Below, piece after piece: positions 9,478 through 18,279 of a DNA stretch of 64,000 nucleotides. The stretch is taken from the sequence record PX880099.1; one strand, written 5' to 3'. Source of the DNA: a phage. The notes below the pieces were generated by a model, which did not search any database, had not been told where the DNA came from, and saw nothing but the letters and a program-made list of their open reading frames with translations. The number at the start of each line of letters is the position of its first letter. Position 1 is the first letter of the stretch. The translations under genes were made by a program, and so were the position numbers.

Positions 9478-10851
9478 ATGGCAACTTTTCGTGAAAAGGT
9501 AGCAACCGTAACTTTACTGTACGGTGCTACATCAATTCGTGAAACCCAGTTCGATATTCCCCTGATCCTTACAGGTCAGAACGTAACTGGCGAAGCGATT
9601 CAATATTACTCTTCTTCCGATGCACTTTTGGAAGCAGGTTATGGATTAAATGATCCAGCGTATATTATGGCAGTCAAACTGTTTAACGGTTTGTTCCCAC
9701 CAGATCAAGTCATGGTTGGTAAGCGTGAAGTTACAAACTTTACTCTAACTCCAATCGTAGAAGATAGTGCAACTTACACAATTACCATCAAAAATGGTAC
9801 CAAGAAAAAAGAATTTAAATTCATTGCTGATGACACTGCAACTGCACAAGAGATTGTAGTTGGTCTGACTGAAATGATCAATGCAGATCTTGTTTATGGC
9901 CCACTGTTTACAGTAGCTAACAACGGCGCTGCAATGACTTTCACTCCAGTAGAAGGTAAGTTTGGTTCTATTGACAGCACAGGTTTCACTCAAGAAACTG
10001 TCTATGCTAATGCTATTACGGAAGATATCGCTGCTCTGCATGATATTGATAGTAGCTGGTTCTGGACCCTTTCAGATTCCCATGAAACAGAAGATGTTCT
10101 AGCTTTGGCTGCATGGGTAGAAGAGAATGATAAAGTTTACTTCTTCTCTAGCTCTGAACCTGGAATTAAAACGAAAGCAGAAGATAACGTTCTGGAACGA
10201 CTGAATGACCTCGGTTATAATAACACTTGCTTTGCTTTGTGGATGACTGATGCAGATTCTGTATTCCCAGAAGCAGCAGTTGTTGGTGCAATCTGTTCTC
10301 GTCAACCTGGTTTAACTACCCTTCACGGTAAAACACTGGTAGGAGTAGAGATCGAGAAACTGGATCAGACTTCGGAAAACAATATTGTTCAACAGAACGG
10401 TAACATCTATCGTAAAGAGCATGGAACTCTGTTCTATCGTGATGGATTGATGGTTAGCGGTTTCTTTGTTGACTATGTTGTTCATGCTTTGTGGTTTAAA
10501 GCTCGCACAGAAGAATCACTGTTTACACTGTTTAAACAACAGTCTATGCTGGGTGGTGGTGTTCGTGCTACTTCAAACGGTCTGGCTTTGATTCGACAAG
10601 CTGTTCTGGCTAACCCGATCCAAGTAGGTATCCTCAACGGTTCCATCGCTAATGAAGTTGTTACTTCTGAAGAGACTGGTTTGCGTGTCGATCTGAAACC
10701 TATTGTTTATATTCCTTCTCGTGCCGATATGACCGATGCGCAAATCAATGCTCGTCTGGTTGATGGGATGAAGATTGAATATGTTTACGCTGGCTTCTTC
10801 CATTACGTTAAAGTTCAGGTCAACGTCCTGACTAACCGTACTGCAAACTAA
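9478..10851 (+). CDS. Tail sheath protein
   Basis: 457 aa; first gene of sheath-tube-chaperone-tape measure series; RBS AGGAG; hairpin follows. Confidence 0.65.
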   Translation: MATFREKVATVTLLYGATSIRETQFDIPLILTGQNVTGEAIQYYSSSDALLEAGYGLNDPAYIMAVKLFNGLFPPDQVMVGKREVTNFTLTPIVEDSATYTITIKNGTKKKEFKFIADDTATAQEIVVGLTEMINADLVYGPLFTVANNGAAMTFTPVEGKFGSIDSTGFTQETVYANAITEDIAALHDIDSSWFWTLSDSHETEDVLALAAWVEENDKVYFFSSSEPGIKTKAEDNVLERLNDLGYNNTCFALWMTDADSVFPEAAVVGAICSRQPGLTTLHGKTLVGVEIEKLDQTSENNIVQQNGNIYRKEHGTLFYRDGLMVSGFFVDYVVHALWFKARTEESLFTLFKQQSMLGGGVRATSNGLALIRQAVLANPIQVGILNGSIANEVVTSEETGLRVDLKPIVYIPSRADMTDAQINARLVDGMKIEYVYAGFFHYVKVQVNVLTNRTAN

Positions 10852-10856
10852 TACGG

Positions 10857-10880
10857 CGGGGGTTAAGCCCCCGTTATCAA
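10857..10880 (+). terminator. Hairpin / weak terminator after sheath gene
   Basis: CGGGGG / TTAAG loop / CCCCCG, then TTATCAAAA (poor U-tract). Confidence 0.35.
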
Positions 10881-10897
10881 AATAAAGAGGATCTATA

Positions 10898-11377
10898 ATG
10901 GATAAAATGCTTACTGGCGTAATGGCCTACGACCCATCTCAAGTTATCCTTTCATTAGGTGGTTGGGAACCGTGGGGTTTTGCGGCTGATACTAAAATCG
11001 TTATTGCTAAATCTAACGATATTATCAACCCTTATTCAGGGACTGATGGTGACGTTTCACTAGCTTTGAGTCGTAACCGTTTGGGAACACTCACAATGTC
11101 TTTGCAACGCACATCTCCAGCTAACGAAGTACTTGCAACATATGCACAAACAATGTATTCTACTCGTCAAGTAGCATTCAGCGTTTACTTGGAAGACCCA
11201 CGTGGCTATTACATTAGCACGATTGGATGGATTCAAAGTCAGCCTGAAGATACTATTGGCGAAATGATTACAGAGAACCAATGGGTTATTGGTCTTAAAG
11301 ATGCAAGCCTTCTGCGTAATGAAGTTGGTGTAGGTTTGAGCACCCTTAACTCAATCTCTGCTCTGACAATTCAATAA
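10898..11377 (+). CDS. Tail tube protein
   Basis: 159 aa between sheath and chaperone genes; RBS AAGAGG; strong terminator follows. Confidence 0.6.
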   Translation: MDKMLTGVMAYDPSQVILSLGGWEPWGFAADTKIVIAKSNDIINPYSGTDGDVSLALSRNRLGTLTMSLQRTSPANEVLATYAQTMYSTRQVAFSVYLEDPRGYYISTIGWIQSQPEDTIGEMITENQWVIGLKDASLLRNEVGVGLSTLNSISALTIQ

Positions 11378-11384
11378 TAAATAA

Positions 11385-11405
11385 AGGGCAGAAATGCCCT
11401 TTTTA
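11385..11405 (+). terminator. Rho-independent terminator after tube gene
   Basis: AGGGCA / GAAA loop / TGCCCT followed by TTTTTAT. Confidence 0.7.
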
Positions 11406-11422
11406 TCATTAGAGAGGAAAAT

Positions 11423-11905
11423 ATGTCACAAGAACAAGATAACACAATTCAAAAATATGCTCGACCAGAAGAAGTAGTTGAGATTCCGTTAGATGGAAAC
11501 AGATCTGTTACTTTCCGTATTATGAAGTGGAGTCCATCTAAAGTGTTTGACAGGATTCCAGAATTGGGTAGTGTTCTGGTTGTTCCTATGACTATGTATA
11601 GCACAGCAACAATGTCAGCAGACGAAGACCTTGAGTCACGTATTGCTATGGCACTGATCCAACTTTTTGCGGGTTTGGAAGAAAAGAATTTAACTGTCTT
11701 TTTGCGTAAAATTTTAGATGAGGTTTATACTCAAGACGGTTATAACGTTGCAGAAAATTTTGATGAATTATTTATGGCTCACCCAGAACTAGTGTTAGAT
11801 CTTACTGCTAAAGTTCTGGAGGTAAACTACGGCCCTTTTTTCAAACGAGGTTTCGGAAAACTGTTCACACAGCTTCAGGCGATGACGAGTTTAGCAGCAA
11901 ATTAA
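11423..11905 (+). CDS. Tail assembly chaperone (G-like), zero-frame product
   Basis: 160 aa between tube and tape measure genes; RBS GAGAGG; contains slippery heptamer near its 3' end. Confidence 0.55.
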   Translation: MSQEQDNTIQKYARPEEVVEIPLDGNRSVTFRIMKWSPSKVFDRIPELGSVLVVPMTMYSTATMSADEDLESRIAMALIQLFAGLEEKNLTVFLRKILDEVYTQDGYNVAENFDELFMAHPELVLDLTAKVLEVNYGPFFKRGFGKLFTQLQAMTSLAAN

Positions 11906-12171
11906 CACCTGCGATTGAACATGCTATCGACACAGCAACGAAAACCCTTACTTTGAAGTGGTATGAGGTTATTCTTTGCAAAGTCGTTAAAGATACCTCG
12001 GAAACACTGAAAACATTGGATAACTACGGTGTAGATTATCTTTTAAAACTATATGAGTATTTAACATACGAAGAGTATGTTGAAGCCATGTATGTTAAAG
12101 ACACTTCAATAAAGAGAAAACATCAAAACCAGACAAATAAAATGTCAGATTTGTTTAAGAAACTTGTTTAA
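11423..12171 (+). CDS. Tail assembly chaperone, -1 frameshift-extended isoform (GT-like)
   Basis: Shift at 11836-11842 joins ~140 aa of the zero frame to ~109 aa in the -1 frame ending at 12171; conserved chaperone arrangement upstream of tape measure genes. Confidence 0.45.
11836..11842 (+). promoter_or_regulatory. Putative -1 frameshift slippery heptamer T_TTT_TTC
   Basis: Heptamer in X_XXY_YYZ register of the chaperone frame. The -1 frame is open from 11812 to 12171 with no start codon before TTG 11953 and no RBS there. Confidence 0.5.
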
Positions 12172-12191
12172 TCCAACACGAGGAACATACT

Positions 12192-14180
12192 TTGTTAGAA
12201 ATTAACGCCTCCAAAATTAGTAACGTGGTTACGTTTAAGGTGGACAAGAACAGTCTCAAGGAAGCAAAAGATGCCGTGTTGAGTGTTCAGAAGTTTGCAA
12301 ATAAAATGCAACCCACTATGAACATGACCAAGTTTAGACAACAAATGAAAGAGATTGAGCGTGAACTTAAGAAAGCTCAAACTCAAAGTCAAAAACCTAT
12401 GCGAGCACCTACTCCCGCTGGAGCGGGTGCTCCTGTAGGCGGATCTGGCAGACCTAGAACTCCTAAAACCCCGCAAGGAAGAGAAGAAGAAAAAGCTCGT
12501 AAAGCTGCTGAACGCGAAGCTAAAGCAGCAGCACGTAGGGAAGACTTAGGTAATCTTCGTTTGCAGAACTTTAACTATCGAGCAAGAGCATTTAGTAAAG
12601 CCAGTCCTGGCGCTATGCAAGAAGCTAGAGACGTTATGGGTAAAGCTGTAGAGCAATACAAAAAGGGTGAAATAACTCTTCAACGTATGAACCAAGCTCT
12701 TGCTCACCAGTTGGATGCTTTACGCAGATCTCATCGTGAAAAGAATGCTGAAATAGAAGACGAGGTTCGCGGTCGTCGCCGTATTCGTAGAGAGTTAGAA
12801 GCAGAAGCTAAAATGCGTATACGTATGCGAAATCGTGAACTTAGGGATATAGAACGCAATCGTAAACGTGAATTAGCTCAACAAAGACGTGACCGTGATC
12901 GTCGATATGGACAATTAAAAGAAGGTGCAGCAGGTCTTAATCCACGCATGATTGCATCCTCTTTGATTGGTGCTGGGCTGTTTGCGGGTGGTTCTGTAGT
13001 TGGTAATACGTTGATGAATACTAACGAAAGAATTAAACTTGTAAGCCGTGGTGCTGAAAACGTTCAGACAAACGCCAACGCTATTTTGGCAATGACAGCT
13101 TGGGGTGAACAGAACGGTGTAGACTCTGCAAATATTATTAAGTCAATAGATAATATTAAAGACGTTCGTGAACGTCTTGGTAATACAGTTTTAGCCTCAA
13201 AATGGAATGAGAAAGAAGGGAAGTGGAAAGGCGGCGATAATGGCATAAATGACATTATGAACTTGTTTGGATGGAATCCAGAACAGCTTAAACCTTTACA
13301 GAACGATCCTTTAGCTTTTATTCAGGCTACTGTTAATGAAGGTGAGCGTCGAGGTATGAACTCTGCTCAAATCGGGCGACTTCTTGAAAACCTTGGTGAT
13401 GACCTTATGCACTACCAACGTATGTTTAGTAAAAACGGCGAAGGGTATAATGAAGTATTGAAAATGCTTCAAAGAACAGGTGCAACATTAACTCAAGAAC
13501 AAATAGATGCTTCTAAAGAGTTTACTCGTTTTGCTGCAACAGTTCAGCTTGTAGGTCAAGGTATGCAGAACCATTTCTTAGAGGGTTTTGTGAAAGCCTT
13601 ACCTAAAGATGATTCTTGGTTGGATAACGTTAAAGTGCTAGATCAGTTTGCCAAAGATTTAGGTGAAGAACTTGGTAAGACAACAGTGCAATTAGGAGGT
13701 TTTGCTAAAGAATTGGGAGATGGTTTCGGATCTTTTACCAATTGGCTTAAAGAAACATTCCCAGATACATTCGGAGACAACACAGATCCTAATAAATCTA
13801 TGGCACAAAAAGCATACGAGGCAACGCAAAGTGGAGACAGCAATCCTGTAGCAGATTGGTTGTACAATTTAACAGGTATTGATACACAAGATATTGGTCG
13901 TATGTGGAGAGGAGAACAAACAAGGACACGTGCTTTTGGATTTGGTAATCCTCTTGAAGATTTACGTGAATCAGCCTATACACCTAACGTAAGTTTGGCT
14001 CGTAATCAACCTGTTGTTGAGAATACGGTAGCAATACCAAGTGATCTTATCAAAGTTACGATCAGCCCTTCTTCAGAGTTTGGAAATATTCTTGATGCAA
14101 GAATTCAAAATAGCGGAAATAGCATTTTCCAACGTTTGTCTCTTTCAACTCTAAGTGGACAATCTAACACTGGTGGTTAA
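12192..14180 (+). CDS. Putative tail tape measure protein
   Basis: 662 aa directly after chaperone pair; R/E-rich helical N-terminal region; hydrophobic segment MIASSLIGAGLFAGGSVVG; TTG start with GAGGA RBS. Confidence 0.55.
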   Translation: MLEINASKISNVVTFKVDKNSLKEAKDAVLSVQKFANKMQPTMNMTKFRQQMKEIERELKKAQTQSQKPMRAPTPAGAGAPVGGSGRPRTPKTPQGREEEKARKAAEREAKAAARREDLGNLRLQNFNYRARAFSKASPGAMQEARDVMGKAVEQYKKGEITLQRMNQALAHQLDALRRSHREKNAEIEDEVRGRRRIRRELEAEAKMRIRMRNRELRDIERNRKRELAQQRRDRDRRYGQLKEGAAGLNPRMIASSLIGAGLFAGGSVVGNTLMNTNERIKLVSRGAENVQTNANAILAMTAWGEQNGVDSANIIKSIDNIKDVRERLGNTVLASKWNEKEGKWKGGDNGINDIMNLFGWNPEQLKPLQNDPLAFIQATVNEGERRGMNSAQIGRLLENLGDDLMHYQRMFSKNGEGYNEVLKMLQRTGATLTQEQIDASKEFTRFAATVQLVGQGMQNHFLEGFVKALPKDDSWLDNVKVLDQFAKDLGEELGKTTVQLGGFAKELGDGFGSFTNWLKETFPDTFGDNTDPNKSMAQKAYEATQSGDSNPVADWLYNLTGIDTQDIGRMWRGEQTRTRAFGFGNPLEDLRESAYTPNVSLARNQPVVENTVAIPSDLIKVTISPSSEFGNILDARIQNSGNSIFQRLSLSTLSGQSNTGG

Positions 14181-14187
14181 TAAAATA

Positions 14188-14209
14188 CCTCGCTTCGGCG
14201 GGGTTTTTT
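14188..14209 (+). terminator. Rho-independent terminator after tape measure gene
   Basis: CCTCGC / TTCG loop / GCGGGG followed by TTTTTT. Confidence 0.7.
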
Positions 14210-14217
14210 CGTTTCCC

Positions 14218-14247
14218 TTGACACGAAGTTTCTATATGTGTTACAAT
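14218..14247 (+). promoter_or_regulatory. Sigma70-like promoter for baseplate operon
   Basis: TTGACA (14218-14223), 18-nt spacer, TGT-TACAAT (extended -10, 14239-14247). Confidence 0.5.
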
Positions 14248-14257
14248 AATCAATATG

Positions 14258-14280
14258 GGAAGATCTTGCATCTTCCTTTT
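14258..14280 (+). promoter_or_regulatory. Leader hairpin with U-tract (possible attenuator)
   Basis: GGAAGAT / CTTGC loop / ATCTTCC followed by TTTT, between promoter and start codon at 14307. Confidence 0.35.
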
Positions 14281-14306
14281 GGCATTATCATTACTACGAG
14301 GTTATC

Positions 14307-15008
14307 ATGGCAGCAATGACTCCACAACAGTCGGTGAGAGCCGTCTATAAGGCAGAACAGGAAATCAACTCTACCGAGAATAAAAATACCTCGGCATCTA
14401 CCGTAAAGGGTGATAATGGTTTCTGTATTTTAGCAAGTGTTTATAATAGTTCAAGCGATCAATACATTCAAAACTTTAAAGCAATTACTTTCGATTCAGT
14501 CCCTGAAATAGGTGTAACTCGTGAAGCAGACGTTACAAGTTTTCCTGTGGAATCAGGATCGGATGTAAGCGATCATGTTCAAATAAAAAACAACAGATTT
14601 AAACTTTCAGGTATAATTACCGAAACACCAATTCGGCTTATGCGAGATCAATTATACAGTGCAGGTGTAAATGGTGCAAGGATTTCTCAAGCAATAGAAT
14701 ATCTAGATCAAATATTTGAGTCAAGACAACCAATAGTTCTTTTGACAGAACACAGAACTTTTGAAAATGTTATTCTCAAAGGTTATTCGTATGATTATAA
14801 ATCTGAATTTGCTATGCAATTTGATTTAGAGTTTGAACAAATCCGTCTCGTTTCTAAGGCCACTACTAATGCTATTGCTGTAAAAACAGCACCAAATAAA
14901 TCGACGGGTGGTGATGTGAAAGGTCAAGTTGCTTCGAATGGTCCTAAGTCAGATATTACAGTAAGAACTGCTGAAGCTACTAATACCCCAACAAACAACG
15001 GAGGTTAA
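14307..15008 (+). CDS. Putative baseplate/tail protein
   Basis: 233-aa ORF, first gene after tape measure terminator and promoter. Confidence 0.45.
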   Translation: MAAMTPQQSVRAVYKAEQEINSTENKNTSASTVKGDNGFCILASVYNSSSDQYIQNFKAITFDSVPEIGVTREADVTSFPVESGSDVSDHVQIKNNRFKLSGIITETPIRLMRDQLYSAGVNGARISQAIEYLDQIFESRQPIVLLTEHRTFENVILKGYSYDYKSEFAMQFDLEFEQIRLVSKATTNAIAVKTAPNKSTGGDVKGQVASNGPKSDITVRTAEATNTPTNNGG

Positions 15009-15010
15009 TA

Positions 15011-15424
15011 GTGACAACTTATTCTAAAACAACAAGGTCTACAAGTAATACAGGCTACAGTGCAGTTTATCTAGAGGACCATTCTACTTATTTTGCATGG
15101 TACCTGAAAACTGAAGAGTATCCTGATCAAACATATACGGTTACATTGGATGGAGTTGATTATGACATTCGTTTAAGGTGGAACACTAGGGACGAGTCTT
15201 GGCAATGTCAGATTGGATTATCTGGAGATGATCCAAGTATAAGTTTCAAAGTTACAAATGGTTTAGATCTTCTTAAACCTTATAAATATCTTGAAAGTGT
15301 GCCAGATGGTCAATTGTATATAGTAGATACAGTTAAGATTAATGGTCGTCCTGGGTATACAACTACAGGTCGAGATAAACGTTTTGTATTGGTTTATATT
15401 GATAACAAACCTAATCAGGCGTAA
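15011..15424 (+). CDS. Hypothetical baseplate-module protein
   Basis: 137 aa, tightly packed in baseplate operon. Confidence 0.45.
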   Translation: MTTYSKTTRSTSNTGYSAVYLEDHSTYFAWYLKTEEYPDQTYTVTLDGVDYDIRLRWNTRDESWQCQIGLSGDDPSISFKVTNGLDLLKPYKYLESVPDGQLYIVDTVKINGRPGYTTTGRDKRFVLVYIDNKPNQA

Positions 15425-15433
15425 GGAGATAAT

Positions 15434-16444
15434 ATGGCAGAAAGAGAGTATACAAAAGCTCCTGCCCCTAATTTAAACAGGGCATACAAATTATTAATTG
15501 GTTCTGCCACAAACACAATACAGAAGAGAACTAAGAACTCGGCATTTAAATCTACAGTAGATTTGGATACCAAGTTAGGAACAACAGAAAAATCCTCTTC
15601 TAATTTGTATTTGTTGCAAGACCATCAAATAACCTTCAGTATTAAGAAAGATAATAACAAAGATCCTAACCAAGCAGAGATTGTAGTTTATAACCTTTCG
15701 GATGATACTGTTAACTATATAAACCGTGGTATCCGAAATAACTTGGCTGTTGCTTTAGCGGTAGGATACGAAGGTGAAGAGTTGGTTATGGTCTTCAAAG
15801 GAACTATCCAGTGGGTTAGTGATACTTTTGACTCGGTAGACAGGAAAACCACTTTACACTGTTTGGATGGCGGTATTAACATTGCAGAAGCAAGAACAAG
15901 CCGCAGTTATCCAAAAGGAACTAAAATCAAACGTGTTGTGACAGATTTGGTAAAGGATTTAGGAACTACAGAAGGTAATATACACGTAGATAATGATCAA
16001 ACCTTATCTTCAGCTACAGCTATGTGTGGAAACACTTCACATTACCTAGAACATATTTGTAAAAGTATTGATCACAATGTATCAATACAAGATGGATCTG
16101 TTTATGTCACTCCTCGTTCACAAATGTCTAGTGCACGTAGCGCCTATATTAGCCCTGAAACTGGTCTGATAGGAAGTCCAGAACCATTCCACAACGATAT
16201 AAAACCTACTAAAAAAGTTACCAAGTCCTCTAAGAAGGCAAAGAAACCTACAGACGGTGTTAAATTCAAATGCCAAATGAATGGTGCAATATTACCAGAA
16301 AAAACAATCTGGTTAAAAAGCCGAGATTATGATGGTCCGTTTAAAGTTGTTTCTGTTTCTCACAATGGTGATAAAGAGGGTAAAGAGTGGGTTACTGAAG
16401 TGGAGTGTGTATCCGTGTCTGAAATAATGACTAAGGAGAAATAA
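15434..16444 (+). CDS. Putative baseplate hub protein (P2 gpD / Mu gp44-like position)
   Basis: 336 aa immediately upstream of spike gene; positional inference. Confidence 0.4.
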   Translation: MAEREYTKAPAPNLNRAYKLLIGSATNTIQKRTKNSAFKSTVDLDTKLGTTEKSSSNLYLLQDHQITFSIKKDNNKDPNQAEIVVYNLSDDTVNYINRGIRNNLAVALAVGYEGEELVMVFKGTIQWVSDTFDSVDRKTTLHCLDGGINIAEARTSRSYPKGTKIKRVVTDLVKDLGTTEGNIHVDNDQTLSSATAMCGNTSHYLEHICKSIDHNVSIQDGSVYVTPRSQMSSARSAYISPETGLIGSPEPFHNDIKPTKKVTKSSKKAKKPTDGVKFKCQMNGAILPEKTIWLKSRDYDGPFKVVSVSHNGDKEGKEWVTEVECVSVSEIMTKEK

Positions 16445-17178
16445 TGGATGCATTGAATTTTGTCACAGCAATGCGTGGCTTAATGACAGAACAATTAGCA
16501 GAAGTCCATACAGCCCTGCCAGTCCGTGTGACTGGCGTTAATTATGGTGCTAAAACTGTCACTTTAGAATCTATTGTTAAAAACACACGATCTAGTGAAG
16601 ATGAAATAGATTACCCTACTTTTGAAGATGTTCCTTTTATGGTTAATGGGGGTGGGACAGGAAGAATCTCATTCCCTATTAAAGCTGGCGATTTAGGAAC
16701 TGTTATATTTTCTGAAAGAGATCCTTCTAATGCACTGCAAACTAGTGGAGAAACCTCTTCATCATCCACTTTTATGCAGCCTTGTGGATTATACCCTATT
16801 TGTTTTATTCCCAAAATAGCTACAGGAACAGATTCAACAGAAGCTGTAGATTCTGAAAAGGTGGTTATTTCTAATAACAAAAACACATACGCTTCTTTCG
16901 ACCCCACAGGAAATATCTCAATATGGAATAGTCAAGGGATGAAAATAGATATTACTACCTCTGGCATCACTATTACAGATGGCACAGGGACTTTGGATCT
17001 AAAAGGTGGTAATTTAACTTTCAAAGGCGGCGTAGCAGATATCAATGGTCTTAAAATAGATCAGAATGGTTTGATGACAGATGGCAATGGCATCGGATTC
17101 CATACTCACACGCACACGGTTCGTAACATTCAGAGCGGTAACTCAAGTGCCGAGTCCTTAAAACCAACAGGAGCCTAA
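16444..17178 (+). CDS. Baseplate central spike protein (P2 gpV-like)
   Basis: 244 aa; C-terminal beta-helix-like repeats (GGNLTFKGGVADINGLKIDQNG) and HTHTH tip motif typical of gpV-family spike apex. Confidence 0.6.
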   Translation: MDALNFVTAMRGLMTEQLAEVHTALPVRVTGVNYGAKTVTLESIVKNTRSSEDEIDYPTFEDVPFMVNGGGTGRISFPIKAGDLGTVIFSERDPSNALQTSGETSSSSTFMQPCGLYPICFIPKIATGTDSTEAVDSEKVVISNNKNTYASFDPTGNISIWNSQGMKIDITTSGITITDGTGTLDLKGGNLTFKGGVADINGLKIDQNGLMTDGNGIGFHTHTHTVRNIQSGNSSAESLKPTGA

Positions 17179-17179
17179 C

Positions 17180-17806
17180 ATGGGAATCCCTTTTGACTTA
17201 AAACTTGGGCCAAACAACGACCTCATCATGGATGATGGGGATTTGGTCCTCACTACAACCAGAACAGAAATTGCAGCACAAACTCTTGGGATAACTCTGA
17301 ACACGTATCGTGGGGAGTGGTTTTTAAATACTAACTTCGGTGTTCCTTACTTACAAGAGATTATTGGTGTTGCTAGAAAGAAAGATATTGTAGACAGAAT
17401 ATTTTTAGCAGAGATTGCCAAAAACGTTTACATAGATACAATAAACAGTTATAAATCTGCTTATGACATGGACCAACGTTATTATTCAATGACAGTTATG
17501 GTCACAGTTGGAGCAGATACAGTAACATCTATATTCAATACTCAACCTTCTGAAGAGTTTATTTACCCTGAAGCTGGTGAAGACAATGCAGCGATCATTT
17601 GTGAAGCTTACAGTATTGTTGAGAATTCGAATAGACTTTATCGCTTTATCAACTTTGTTGGTTTGCCACGTGATACCTACTCTACTTGGTGGAATGAATG
17701 GTCTACAGAGTCAGCAGTGGAAAGAATCATGGTTAACGAAAAAGGTGATGCATTAGCTACAAACAATAACTTCGGTATAACAGCTATGACAGGAGTAGAA
17801 GAGTAA
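17180..17806 (+). CDS. Baseplate wedge protein, gp25/gpW-like
   Basis: 208 aa; N-terminal region typical of GPW_gp25 family (FDLKLGPNNDLIMDDGDLVLTTTRTEIAAQTLGITLNTYRGEWFLNTNFGVPY). Confidence 0.65.
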   Translation: MGIPFDLKLGPNNDLIMDDGDLVLTTTRTEIAAQTLGITLNTYRGEWFLNTNFGVPYLQEIIGVARKKDIVDRIFLAEIAKNVYIDTINSYKSAYDMDQRYYSMTVMVTVGADTVTSIFNTQPSEEFIYPEAGEDNAAIICEAYSIVENSNRLYRFINFVGLPRDTYSTWWNEWSTESAVERIMVNEKGDALATNNNFGITAMTGVEE

Positions 17807-18279
17807 TGGCAGATTTAACTACGATCAAAATTTCTGATCTTACACAAACAACCTCTGTGTCTGATACAGATTTCTTTGTAACAGATCAGGCTGGAATAAC
17901 AAAGAAAACTTCTTTGAAAGTGCTGTTGAGTGGTGCAGGGGTAACTAGAAACCGTCTGAATGCACGGGGAACAGTAACTAGCACCCTGGCATTAGATATT
18001 AGTTCGGCAGAATATTTTTCAGCAACTTTATCTTCTGCAACGTGCACAATTAGTTTTACTAATATTCCAGTAGCAACAAATGCAGTTTTAAACTTTACTT
18101 TAGCTTTGCGTCAAGGAAGTGGTGCAAATAAAGTCGTATGGCCTTCTTCTGTAAAATGGAGTTTTGGTCGTTCCCCAGTTTTGAGTTATCGTCAAGGTGC
18201 AACAGACACTTTTGAGTTTATCAGTTATGATAATGGAGCAACTTGGACAGGTAGCTTAGTTTTAGCAGGAGTTATTTAA
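17806..18279 (+). CDS. Hypothetical baseplate-module protein
   Basis: 157 aa; overlapping stop/start with neighbours. Confidence 0.45.
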   Translation: MADLTTIKISDLTQTTSVSDTDFFVTDQAGITKKTSLKVLLSGAGVTRNRLNARGTVTSTLALDISSAEYFSATLSSATCTISFTNIPVATNAVLNFTLALRQGSGANKVVWPSSVKWSFGRSPVLSYRQGATDTFEFISYDNGATWTGSLVLAGVI

